A DNA stretch of 64,000 nucleotides, from NCBI GenBank assembly GCA_028534125.1, contig CM052817.1, positions 30,444,001 through 30,508,000 of the forward strand, written 5' to 3'. Both the position numbers and the translations under genes were made by a program. Under the pieces are notes generated by a model. The model was not told the DNA's origin and ran no database searches. It worked only from the letters and a program-made list of their open reading frames with translations. Positions 24,031 through 35,800 of the stretch are shown here, piece by piece. The first letter of the stretch is position 1. Each line of letters starts with the position of its first letter. This DNA is from Lama glama (Eukaryota).

Positions 24031-25109
24031 AATTATGATAAAAGGTTTCTGACATGTTTAGTGCCTAGAAGAAAACTCAGAACAACACTGGTACATGCAC
24101 ATGACAACAAATTACAGTAAAATATGCCTTCTAACTGGGTCTACCAGACATTTTCTCCTTCTTTTGCCCCTTAAAACCACTCTGCCCCTTAATTTTTCAG
24201 TCACTTGAGCTGCCTGCAAATCAAACCCAGGAAAACTTGGAAGACAGGTGAGTTACTTATATAGCAAGCTAAGTATTCTCTTAGCAGGGCCTCAGCCCTC
24301 CCTCAATCAGACCCTTTTTTAAGTGAGTAGAAAAAGCTTTAAAGAGTGCTATGCCAGCAGAAGCCAGAGCTCCTTGAAAAATAGCCCTTCCTTCTATATG
24401 TACAACTTGCTTGTCAGCAGAACCGGCCACCTAATGGTAGCATCAGGAGTGCAATATAGTTTCCTGCTGTTTTCAGGCAGCCAAGGTGCCTATTAAAGCT
24501 CTGGCACAGCTTCCAGAGGCACATTAGAAATGGCCTTTACTAACTACACATCTACTCTTCCTTCCACATACAGATTATATTGCTTTAATTGGTCAATCAT
24601 TCCTACTGTGTTCTCCTGGTCCCAGGACAGGGGAGAGAGATGAACTGTTCCTGTATGTGTTATGGTACCACTGTTTCCTGCTGAGACTGTATGAATAGAG
24701 TTAAGGCTGAGAATGCATTTTCCAAAGACTCTTAGTTCCTTTTAGTTTCATGCCTGAAATCTGAATGTTTAGACTCAATATCCCAAGCTGTTTGAAACTC
24801 AAAGGTTCATTGCTTTACCCCAGGGAAATATGGATCTCTGCTGGCCAACATGATGAATTGCTTTTTGTTACGCCTTTCTCAGACCTTTGGAAGCGTTAGA
24901 GATTAAAAATCAAGAGGGCCCAGGAGAGATCAAAAATTCTAACTATAGGTCGTAAGTTGTTGAGAAGAGAGAATTATAAAAGACCTAAAAATTCCACCAT
25001 CTATTAAGGCACCTTACTGATCTCTTTAATCACTACCATCATATATTCATCCATTGTCTGTATTTTTTTAAACTACCTTGCTGAGACTGCAAATAACCAT
25101 ATGAACAGT

Positions 25110-25250
25110 ATGATCCTGGGGGCAGGATTCAGGAAATTCTAGTCTCAGCTCTGCAGCTTTATTAATGATGTGACCTTGGGCAGGTTGCAAATTTTCCTTG
25201 TTTCATTTTCTTCATATGTAAATAAGGATAATAATAATAACTATCGTAGT
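25110..25250 (+). mobile_element. MIR fragment
   Basis: ttctagtctcagctctgc...tgtgaccttgggcaggtt...ttttcttcatatgtaaataaggataataat. Confidence 0.7.
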
Positions 25251-25409
25251 CTAAGGGGAAATGGCTTATAAGAAGTTTAATGAGAATAGGAACAGGTGAC
25301 AATAGAATAGTGTCCAGCAGAGGAGAACAAAAGGGCCTTTAGCTCTATAATTGCATAGTCTAAACTTGATTAACAAGGCCTTTCCTCTGATTTTTTTCCC
25401 ACCTAATCT

Positions 25410-25518
25410 TAAATTTATTGAGACTAGGGACTCTTTTATTCATACTTTAACTCCCAGCACCTATGGAGTATCTTGCATATAAAAGCCCTCAATAAATGTT
25501 TGCTTAGTGAATGAATTC
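25410..25518 (+). mobile_element. L2 3' end
   Basis: cccagcaccta...ctcaataaatgtttgcttagtgaatgaat. Confidence 0.6.
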
Positions 25519-27643
25519 TGATAGAGTTAAGTCAAGATAGGTGTCCAAGTATAGCACCATACTGGAGAAGACAAGGAAATCAGGGTGCAAGAGGAGAGTT
25601 ATACGTCACAGTTCTCATATGTCATATCAGTCAAATGGAAACATATAGATAGATAGAGACATACATATATAATTGCTTGCTTTAGTTTCCCTTTCTACAA
25701 CTTCAAAAACAACAAAGTACTTCCCGTTTCCCTATTTTGTGTGTGTGATCTTTTATGTTAGACGGTTTTAGAGCAGACCCAAGGTCAAAATCCTATTTCT
25801 ACCCATGGTGACCCAGGCAGTCTAGCTGGTCTTCAAACTGCCTCTGATATACTTTCCAGAGGACTACAACATTTACATATTCATACACAAAATAAGTCCT
25901 CTCATCCTGCTCCTGACAATTTCTACCAGAATTCATGAACATGGTCTTAATTCAGTGGAATTTCACCCTTATTTAAGCAATCAGACTTTAAATGTACTTC
26001 AATAATTATCTCTCCACCCCTGCCAGATCATAGAAACTTAACAGGCAAGAGATCCAACACAAAACAGGCATGAAGTGTATGTTCTGCATGATTTCTTAAG
26101 TGGAAAATCAAAGTTTCAATTATATGGACTAAGTATGAAGCCACCAGAGAATTCAAACATTATCTATATTTGAAGTTGCATCCACATATGCATGTACACA
26201 TAAACATATATGCCTATACACATACAAACAAAATAGACAAACAACTAACTACTTCAGGAACAAATTGATTATCCAGGTTTTATTTAAGAAATATTTGATG
26301 CTCTTCATGTAGCCTGAATATAATTTGACTACAAAGAAGGTAATTCAAATTCTTGCAGTATGTTAGGTAAGACAAAATAGTTTGCAATTAAAAATATGGC
26401 CAATGATAACACACTCAGGTCAGCCTCATTCAGGAGTAGGCTACCACCCACATGACTGATCCGAAGTGATCTGAAAGATTATCTTTCCGATACCATTTCC
26501 TTCTGTAAATGCTGATATGCCAGAAGTCTTTAGCATTTTTTTCTGACTATTTAGGATCTTTAAGTGTATACATTAAGACAGTATTACTTAATTTCCTCAC
26601 TGCTTAGATAGTATCAATTTAATGACAACTATTTAGAGATTTTTAAAAAAATATTGCCACATTAAATATATGATCATCAGATAAATTCTGATTTCAGAAA
26701 TGCTGACATGCAAAAAATTCAAAACAATAAATCCATTTTTTTTCACTTAAAGAAATGCCAAAGAACAGAACAGTGAGCTACAAAAAGTGCTTAAGTGGAG
26801 TGATCACTATCCAGTACCTGATCTTCATTCTCACAGAAAGTTCTTTTTTTTCAATAACTTATGCAGGTCATTTAGGTTTCAGATGTTCAGATCACACTAT
26901 CCAAACTCACAGTCTTAGACGCCTGGATGACTTACTACTAGTGCCTCCTTAGTGCAATATTCAGGGTATCTGTGTCCTGTAAGTTAAGACTCTAGGAAAC
27001 TGAATTACCTAAGGAGTTTGTGTGGTGAGCTTTAAGTAAGATTGTTTTTTAAAATTTCGAGATTGTTGAGTCTAGAGTATGAGGCATGGACTTAAATACT
27101 CACAGAAGCTAGAAAAATAATGGAAAAGTGGCAAAGGGGCTAATGGTTTCCCTAAGACTTAGCTAGAAAATTTTTACACTTCAACAAAAATTTATGTATT
27201 CTCTGTTTCCTTGTAACACATGAAATACAATGTCTATTTTTATGCCGATTGGATTTTTCCATTCTAGATGGAGACATGGGCACAGAAAAATATTTCTCTA
27301 CTGTTAGCAAAGAAAACCCATGATGTAAGCATGATAAAAATTGAGAATTGTGCTAAGCTTTAGTGTCGGGGAGAAATAGGCTATGTTGGAAACAGCGGTG
27401 AACTAATGAAATCATGTTCTTTCCACAAAAGGACTCTGTATTTATTGTCTTCTTAGAACTTGAGCTGGGTTTCCAGATCTAATTTTTTAAAGAAGTTGAA
27501 CATCCGGATTATGAGTGTGAAATATTCTGATTTTTAAGAGTAGGCTTAGCTTCTAAAACTAAGGTGTAGGGTGAACAAATAACATCTGGGGGCCATATTC
27601 AGTCTATGGACTGCCACTGTAAGACTCTTATCTAGAGGAATGT

Positions 27644-27996
27644 TTCTATGGTCTGTATACTTGTATCCCCACCAAACTCATATGTTGAAATCCCAGCCCC
27701 CTGAAGTAATGGTATTATAAGATGGAACATGTGGGAGGTATTTAAATCATGAAGATGGTGCCCTCATGAATGAGATTGGGACCCCTAGCCCCTTTCACTA
27801 TCTGAGGACACAGCAAGAAGTCAGCAGCCTGCACCCAGAAGAAGGCCTTTACCCAACCACGCTGGCACCTGATCTCAAACTTCCAGCCTCCAGAACTGTG
27901 AGAAATAAGTCTCAGAACTTCCAGTTTCCAGAGCTGTTGTTTATAACCTACTCAGTGTGTGGCATTTTGTTATAGCTGCCCAAATGGACTGGGATA
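27644..27996 (+). mobile_element. MLT1A-type MaLR solo LTR
   Basis: ctatggtctg...ctcatatgttgaaatcc...gccctcatgaatg...acttccagcctccagaactgtgagaaataa...ttttgttatagctgccc. The flanks aatgt and gatgt look like a degenerate TSD. Confidence 0.85.
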
Positions 27997-29809
27997 GATG
28001 TTTCAGCCAATGACTAAACTTAATTTCACAATTCAGAGAAGCTATACCTCCTACAGTAGCTGGTAACGCATGTCCTCCTAACTCCCTCATTCCATTTTTC
28101 TCCGTGGACTGACCTGAATGTTTGCTCTCAAGCTCTGGTTTTTCAGGAATGCAGCCCATTAACAGTGTCTTTCTAAAAAAATCAGGCACAAACTTAGTTA
28201 GGTTATGCTTTCCATGGTTACTTTTCAGTCAAGACATTTACCTTTTAATGTTTTCAACAGCTCAACTAGCTGTTATTCCCTTCTTGAAAAGTGCTTCCAA
28301 TTTTTGCAGTTGCTTCTCTTTGAAAATGCTACCTTCCTTACCTATGTTGGCCAGCCATACAATTATAACTCATTATCTTAGGATTTGATTCTTCTATTAA
28401 TGGATACTTTCAAAGATTCTGTGTTGGACTGTAAATTTGCCTGACCTGTCCTCAAATCCAGAGAGGTTATACTAACTCCCCATATGAAGATATTCAGTAC
28501 TGTTCTGGCCCTCTAGTTTTTATTAATTTTTCATGCATATCATGAATTTTCCACTCTAAATCTTTTGTGGATAGTATTACTATGTTGGCTCAGAGTGGAG
28601 TACTTGACTTTAAAGGGAAGGCAATGTCTGTCTTATCCTTTTTCCATTGGTAGACTATTGTCTATTTTCCCTAATTCCATGTGCAACCTATCATTTGTTG
28701 GTATTGATGACTGCAGAGAGTTTATCCTTTACTTCTATTTTCTCCTTCTCTGTTATACACCCTACTCCTCTTTCATATCTCCATCTATTTTGAAAGCTCA
28801 ATATATACCTGAATCTCTCCTCCACTCAAATCTTATTGTTGGTGGGTAAAAATGATAGTTGATAATAAACCCTCTTGGGAGTGAAGGGACTATTTTTCCT
28901 AGGGTTGATCCTGACTCCAAAAGGGAAACAATTCAAACTAAATTTAAAATTAACACTTTCACTATTCAATTCACACAGCAAGTCATTCACTGAGAAACAT
29001 AAGGCACTATATAAAAAGACTATGTTTGTTTTGAAATAGAAAAAAGAGATACCATATAATTATCAAATAGATCACTGAGGTTTCTATATCTTTGACATAA
29101 AATTAGGCTTCTGTAAATTTTTAACATTCTGATTTGTTACCTCAATTACATAATCACCCTCACTCTAGACATTATATGTGATTCCACTTGATATTTTAAA
29201 AATTCACTGCAAATATACATGGTTTGCTAGCCATTCTTTAAGTATTATCAAAGACAATGACTAAGAAAAGACATACTAAATTCTTTATAGAAAAATACAA
29301 ATAGGACTTCCAGTATTTGTTATGAAAAGCCTAGCTTATAAGCCTATATTTTGCAAACCAGAGTGTCAGGCTTTCTGGAGCCAAATTTTAGCACTGTAGT
29401 CATATATTGTTAAAAGAATCATCACTGTTCAGTTTGGTGTTCTAATGAGACTCCAAAAAGTCACTGTACTTTAGGATGATTTTAAATCTTTCATCATGGA
29501 AAGCATAATGCCCAGTTTTTAGAGTTTTACATTTCCCCAAAGTATACTGCACATAACCGTGTACTACTTTTATTAGCATAATCTTTTACTGTTCAGTGAT
29601 AAATATGTTATTTAAATGCTTTTGTCTAATTGGGTCATACTGCAACAAACAGCCCCCTGCATTATGTATGGATGTATTATAGGAAGCTCCTGAATAATGC
29701 CTTTTTCCTTCACATACAAAGTAAAATCTGTTATAGCAGCAAGATACATAGAGAGCCAAAACCTTCCATTATTTATGATGTCTTCAAGAACAGTAGATGG
29801 GGTTCAATG

Positions 29810-29965
29810 GGGCAAAAGTAAGACAAATTAGAACAGAACTTTAGAGGCAGATTTTGGCTCAACATGAAGAAGAAGATTATAAATATTAAAGCTATTTTAT
29901 GAGGAAACAAAGACCCTGGGAAGTAGTGAGATCTCTGTTATCTGAGGTGTTCAAAGAAGCCTGAA
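29810..29965 (+). mobile_element. L3/CR1 fragment
   Basis: ggcagattttggctcaacatgaagaagaa...gggaagtagtgagatctctgtt..gaggtgttcaa. Confidence 0.6.
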
Positions 29966-30110
29966 GGTGCCGGATAATTCAAATAACAAGCAGGACAATT
30001 GCCATCACTATACCCAAGTTATTGTCAAAAGATGAGATGCCAAATGATGGGTAATTTTAGAAAAGACAGCAGGCTAAATTGGAGAATATTTATCCAAACA
30101 TGTATATTTT

Positions 30111-30150
<40 letters not shown>
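30111..30150. repeat. (CA)n microsatellite
   Basis: Read directly. Confidence 0.95.
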
Positions 30151-30153
<3 letters not shown>

Positions 30154-30239
30154 TATATAGTGTTAGGAATCTTCCTGTGCCCTGGAGATGAAACAGTGAA
30201 AAATACATACTTGCGTATTTCATGAGGTTTATAGTCCAT

Positions 30240-30850
30240 TGGAGAAAAGTGGCAACAGACAAGTATAGATAGGTTGAAAAGCATATGACCTTGGCTCTAT
30301 GAATAAGGGGCAGCAAAGGATTACCTAGTAGACAGACAAAACCCCTGCTTGTAGCATCAGGAAAGCAGGGAACCAAAAAACAAAAAAAAGCTTATGAAGG
30401 AATCTGCATGTGATATGAAACAGCAAAGTTGGGAGGGTGGCAAAAATATAACTTTTTTGGATTTATATTACCATTTTCTGCTAAGGTGTTTGGACTAGAT
30501 CGTGATGGTCATAAGGGGCCACTAAAGACTTTTTAAGCTGGAGAGTAGTCTCACGCTATTATAAGGTACAGAAAGGCAACTATATTCACAATGTGGAAAG
30601 AGGTAGACCCAAAAGTAGGATGAGCACTGCTGTAATCAACTCAGTGGGAAATGATGAAGAGTTTAAGGCAGTGGCAATGGGAATGCAGAGAAGAGGAGAC
30701 GGATCAAGAAATATTAGCCTCTCCTGAATCTGGTGACTGATTGATTATAGAGAAGGAAAATAAAAGAGGAATAATAATGCCTCTTGGATTCCTGCCTCCT
30801 TCGTTCAGCCATTTTATTTCAGCAGCTGGAGATGGAGTGATAAAATAAGG
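30240..30850 (-). mobile_element. L2 fragments
   Basis: ggggccactaaagactttttaagctggagagt...gggaaatgatgaagagtttaaggcagtggcaatgggaatg. Confidence 0.55.
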
Positions 30851-31634
30851 CCTTGGACTTCTCCAGGCACCCAGGAGGGGCTCAGTAAAGATTGTGAACC
30901 ACATCCCTTACCTAGACCCTAAAAAAGCAAGAGAGGTCTCCAAGAATTCTATCCCACACATTCGGGGTTTCTCTTGATTACAGTACAGTAGGTAGTTTAA
31001 AGTTTAAGGGCCATAGACTGTTTTCCTTCCTTTAACCCACATGTTAAAGCAAATCATCTGCAGCAGATGGCAAGATGGTGGTCCTCGTCAGCCTTATTTT
31101 TAAGGCAACATCTCAATTTCCTCCTACCAGTTATGCCCTGCCTTTGGATGCATATTAAATACAAACATTTTATAGATACAGAAAGACTGTTGCATCATTC
31201 ACAGTAAATGCAATGTGTTTGTGCATTAGTAAGTTTATGCGATAGAAGAAAGCTAGTCTAGACTAAGGATCCTGAACTGTCTTAAAAATGTATACTCTGG
31301 CTCTGAGAATTATGCTTTAAAAAAAAATTTACTTCATGGCAGTAAAACATGAATCTTTAACATGATTACCCTACTGGTAAGAGACTTGTGTTCCTCTGCA
31401 CAAGGAAGTCCATCTGCTAGGTTGAAAGACAAAGTCTTGTAGTAGCTCAATTAATGTCTACATAAGTATAAATTAAGAGTTTTCAGGAAATGTCTGTCTG
31501 ATGTGTCAAAAATCCACTGATTTGAAAGTGATCTTTTCCTGAAATTCATCGACTTGCATGGGAAGGATAAAGTCTGAGGAAATATTTTGGTAACCTAGAA
31601 GACCATGAGTTTCATTAGAATTTAAGAGAGTTTG

Positions 31635-33270
31635 TATCTTAAGTCAATTGGACTGCTATAGCAAAATACCACAAGCTAGGTGGCTTAAATAACACATTTA
31701 TTTCTCATAATTCTGGAGGCTGGGAAGTCTAAAGTGCTGACCGATTCAGTCCCTGGTGACAAATCTCTTCTAGGCTTGCAGGCAGCTGCCTTCTCACTGT
31801 GCGCTCACATGTCAAAGAGAGAGAGAGCTTTGCTTTTTCTTCTCCTTCTTGTAAGGACATTAATCCCATCATGGAAGCCCCACTCTCACAACCTCATCTA
31901 AGTATAATTATCTCCCAAAGGCCCCTCCTCCAAACACCATCACATCAGAGGTTGAGGCTTTAACATATGAATTTTGAGTGAACACAGACATTCAGTCTGT
32001 TCTACCCCTGGCCTCCCAAAGTTCATGTCCTTTTCACATGCAATATGCTTTCATTCCATCCCAATAGCCCCAAAAGTCTTAACTTGTCCCAACATCAACT
32101 CTAAAATCTGAAGTCCAAAGTTTCATTTCAATATTACCTAAATCAGATATGAATGTAATGTGAGGTATGATTTACCCTGAGGCAAAGTTCTGCTCCAGCT
32201 GTGCACTTGTCAAACCAGACAAGTTATGTGCTTCCAAAATACAATTGTGGGACAGACATGGGATAGACATTCTCCTTCCAGAAGAGAGAAATAAAGAAGG
32301 AAAAACTGATGGGTCCCACGAAAATCTAAAACCCAGAAAAGTGAATGTCATCAGATCTTAAGGCTTGAAAATAGTCCTCTTTTGCTCTTCCCTCCAGGCT
32401 CACTGGGGTGACAGTCTTGTCTCCATGCCCCAAGGTTCTGCAGGGCTTTCCAGACCCTAAGGTTTTGATTGGAGGCCATTTGGTGTATTGAAACTGAGGC
32501 AGTAACCCATCCCTGAATCGCCTTCGGGGTAGTTTTTCCCTCTTCTTGAAAAATAGCGCATGCTTCCAGATGAATAACGCTATAGTTCCATCTTGTCAAA
32601 TCCAAAGAGTCTGATGGTCTTCCTTCATTTCATCCCATCCCTGCATGCTCCAGTTCAAATTGGCAGTGTTTCTGCATGTAGAAGCATTATCCATCACTTT
32701 ATCGGGTCATAGTCCAGCCACATCTTTGGTGTTCTCTTCAGAACATGATTTCTCAGTCTTGCAAAAAGAATAGGCTGAGAATTTTCCAAATCTTCAGGTT
32801 CTGGTTCCTATTGCTTAACAATCCCTTCTTCAATGCATATCTCTTTCTTTGCAGTTTACTAAGCCACTCCTTTAACACCTTGCTTAGAAATCTCCTCAGC
32901 TGAATATCCAATTTCATAACTCACAAGTTCCATCTTCCACAACATGTAAGAACACAGTTCAGGCAAGTTTCTTACCACTTTTTAACACGGATCACCTTCC
33001 TTCCAGTGTTCAGTAACCTATTCCTTATTTCCATCTGAGAACTCACCAGAATTGCCCTTAACATCACATTTCTAGTCCATGTCTCAAAACTCTCTCAGCC
33101 TCTACCCATTTCCCAGTTCCAAAGCTGCTTCCACATATTCAACTATTTGTTACAGCAGTACCCTACTCCTAATACTAAAATCAGTCTTAGTCAGTTTGGG
33201 CTACTATAACAAAATACCAGTGAGTGGATTTATTTGTTAACAACAGATACTTATTTCTTACACTTCTGGA
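31635..33270 (-). mobile_element. MLT1A-type MaLR provirus: LTR (~31635-31998), internal region (~31999-33183), truncated second LTR (~33184-33270)
   Basis: The LTR resembles the other MLT1A copies. Internal hallmarks are ttcatgtccttttcacatgcaa, cattccatcccaatagccccaaaagtcttaact and cccagttccaaagctgcttccacat. The second LTR starts cttagtcagtttgggctactataacaaaatacca. Confidence 0.9.
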
Positions 33271-33279
33271 AATTATATA

Positions 33280-33768
33280 TTTGTATTTAAAACCTCAAGA
33301 CTAGATGAGCTCACCAAGTAAGTATGTGTAACAAAAGAAGCAAAATTATCAAGGACTGAGCTCTGAATAATTCTATCATTAAAAGGATGACCAGATGAGG
33401 AAAACACCGATAAAAGAGACAGATAAAAAGCTACCACTAAAATAAAATGCAGAAGAGCGTGATCAACTCAAAACCAAGTATAGAAGGAATTTCAAGGAGA
33501 AGAGAGTTACTGTTTCTTTCAAATGTCAATGTTAAGTTAATGAGAACTAAAAAATGACCACTGGATTTAGAAACTTGGAAGCCTTTAGGCTTAGACAAGG
33601 AAATTTCAGTGTAGTAAAAGGGAGTGATAGCTTGAATGCAATGATTTTAAGGAAAAATAAAGAAGTACAATTGAATTTAGTCATTATGGATACCTCATGA
33701 GGAATGCTATTTTTAACAAAGAATAGATAAACGTGTCAGTAACTGAAGGGTAAAGTGAGGTAAAGAGA

Positions 33769-33806
<38 letters not shown>

Positions 33807-34060
33807 AAAATAACAGACAATAATAACATTTATCTCCTCTGATTGGGGGTAATCCAATAGAGAGGAAGAAGAAAAAACTAATGTAGGAAAGAACGGGCAA
33901 AATTGCTAGAACAAGGTCCTTAACTAGACAAGAGGAAAGGGATCCTGGATACAAACGGAGGGGCTGACTTCAGACTAGTACTTAGAAAATTCACCTGTAT
34001 TATAAAGAATGCAGGCAGAATATATGGGTACGGATGCTGGCAGGTAGATAGCTTCACTGT
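33280..34060 (-). mobile_element. L2 fragment
   Basis: tgtatttaaaacc..agactagatgagctcaccaag...aaggactgagc...tgaccactggatttagaaac. Confidence 0.75.
33773..33804. repeat. (GT)n microsatellite
   Basis: Read directly. Confidence 0.95.
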
Positions 34061-34109
34061 TCTCAAGAAATGCACAGGGCTGTAAATGAAGCAGTAGATT
34101 AGGAAAAGC

Positions 34110-34290
34110 AGAGTATCATGGTAGAGCAAGACATTTCAGGGCTTTAGTTCCTGGTTCAGTCCTTAACTAGCTATATGCTTGAAAGCAAATTACCAAACTT
34201 CTCCACACCTCAATTTCTTCCAAGGTAGATGGAGATAATACTAGTGCTAACTTAACAAAGTTGAAAAGTATTAAGTGACATAATGTATCT
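34110..34290 (+). mobile_element. MIR fragment
   Basis: tagttcctggttcagtccttaactagctatatg...cctcaatttcttc...atggagataatactag...attaagtgacataatgtat. Confidence 0.6.
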
Positions 34291-35589
34291 GTTTTCCAAT
34301 ATATTTCCCAGTAAAATATAAGCTCCATGAGGGCATGAATTTCCATCTTTTTTTTCTTTTTTATGTCATATCCCTAGTGCTTAAGTGTCCAACACTTAGT
34401 AGGCATATGACTAATAATGAATAACTAACACCTGAAAAGTTCTTACATGGTACCCAGTACACAGAAAGTGTTCAAAAAGATGTGACCTATTATTATTACC
34501 ACCAGTTACTAATTTTAACACCATCTTCATTGATTCACAGTGAAGTGATTCCTTCCATGATAAAGACAAGGGACCTTTCCCTGTGGTTGAAGTGAGTATG
34601 AGGTGGGGGTGGGAGTGGAGAGCAAGTGTGATTTTAAGATGTGATCTTAAAATCAAATTCTGTAACAGTTAGATTGAAAACTTCCAGAATCTTTCTCAGG
34701 AGTACCCATGAACAAGGCTAGAACCTTTCCTATCACTATCTTTACTGTTTATATTTCTCCTAGAGGGAGATACAGTATCTGCTATTCTCATTATTTTTTC
34801 TCTCTCAATACATAGTAACCATGGTAATAATATGCATTAGGCAAACCAGCTTATGTTCTGAATTCTCTATGCCATCAGTATTTTTTCCTGGTGATACTCT
34901 AGCTATAGGTAAATGCGTGCAGACCTTGAGTTTCATTATTTTTCATGACTACCCAACTAAAATGTTTGTTGACTAGAAGAACAAGAAAAATAAACACCGT
35001 ATATCAAATTCAATTATGAATGGCCTACTTAAACAGTTTCCCACTGTTATGCTCAAATTTTAAAATGTGCATTTGGTGTTAATGTGTGAGATGAAGCACA
35101 TAGAATTAGAAGACATTTTAAAATATAGCTTATGTCTTACATATTTAATCACATCAGCTGATGATCCATTGAATAATTTGATGTATCAATTAGCTCCATC
35201 AGCATTTAAATATCTGCTAGTATTTTTAGCATCTGTTAGTTCAGCTAGTAGAATAATCAATGGAACTAAATGTTCACTGTAGTAATTCAATAGTCCCTCT
35301 GACTAGCTTATTCAGTTGTGAGAACTATTCTTCTCAAATAATATTTTATGTAGTAGGCACCTATTCTTATTCAATAACAATGAGCTTTCACAATTGCATA
35401 CATTCAAAAATACCATATCAAACACAGATACTGCTCTAGCATTGTAGATACTAGAAATGTTTACATTCATTGCTATAATTCTTTTGATAAAAAACATGGC
35501 TTTACCAAGGAAAACTTAGTAATCATTCACTTAAGAAGCCACAAATGTTTGCTGAGAAATCAATGCTACTAACTACACTTCATTCAAAT

Positions 35590-35800
35590 CTTATATGTCA
35601 GAAACTGTGATTAGAAATTCACTTACATTATTACATCTAATTCTCACACTACTCAAAGAAGCAATGTTATTCATAAATAACAACAAAAAAATGAAATAAG
35701 TTTGATTAGATTCAATGACTTACCCAAGATTACATGGCTAAAATATGGTAAATCCAATAATCAAATGCATCTGTGACTAAAGCCAAAACCCTTGTTCTAA
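35590..35800 (-). mobile_element. MIR fragment
   Basis: tctaattctcac...tgacttacccaagattacatggcta. Confidence 0.5.

Noticed and set aside
30074..30376. ORFs with CVCVCV runs (also HTHTHT at 47484-47799)
   Set aside because: These are translations of (CA)n microsatellites.
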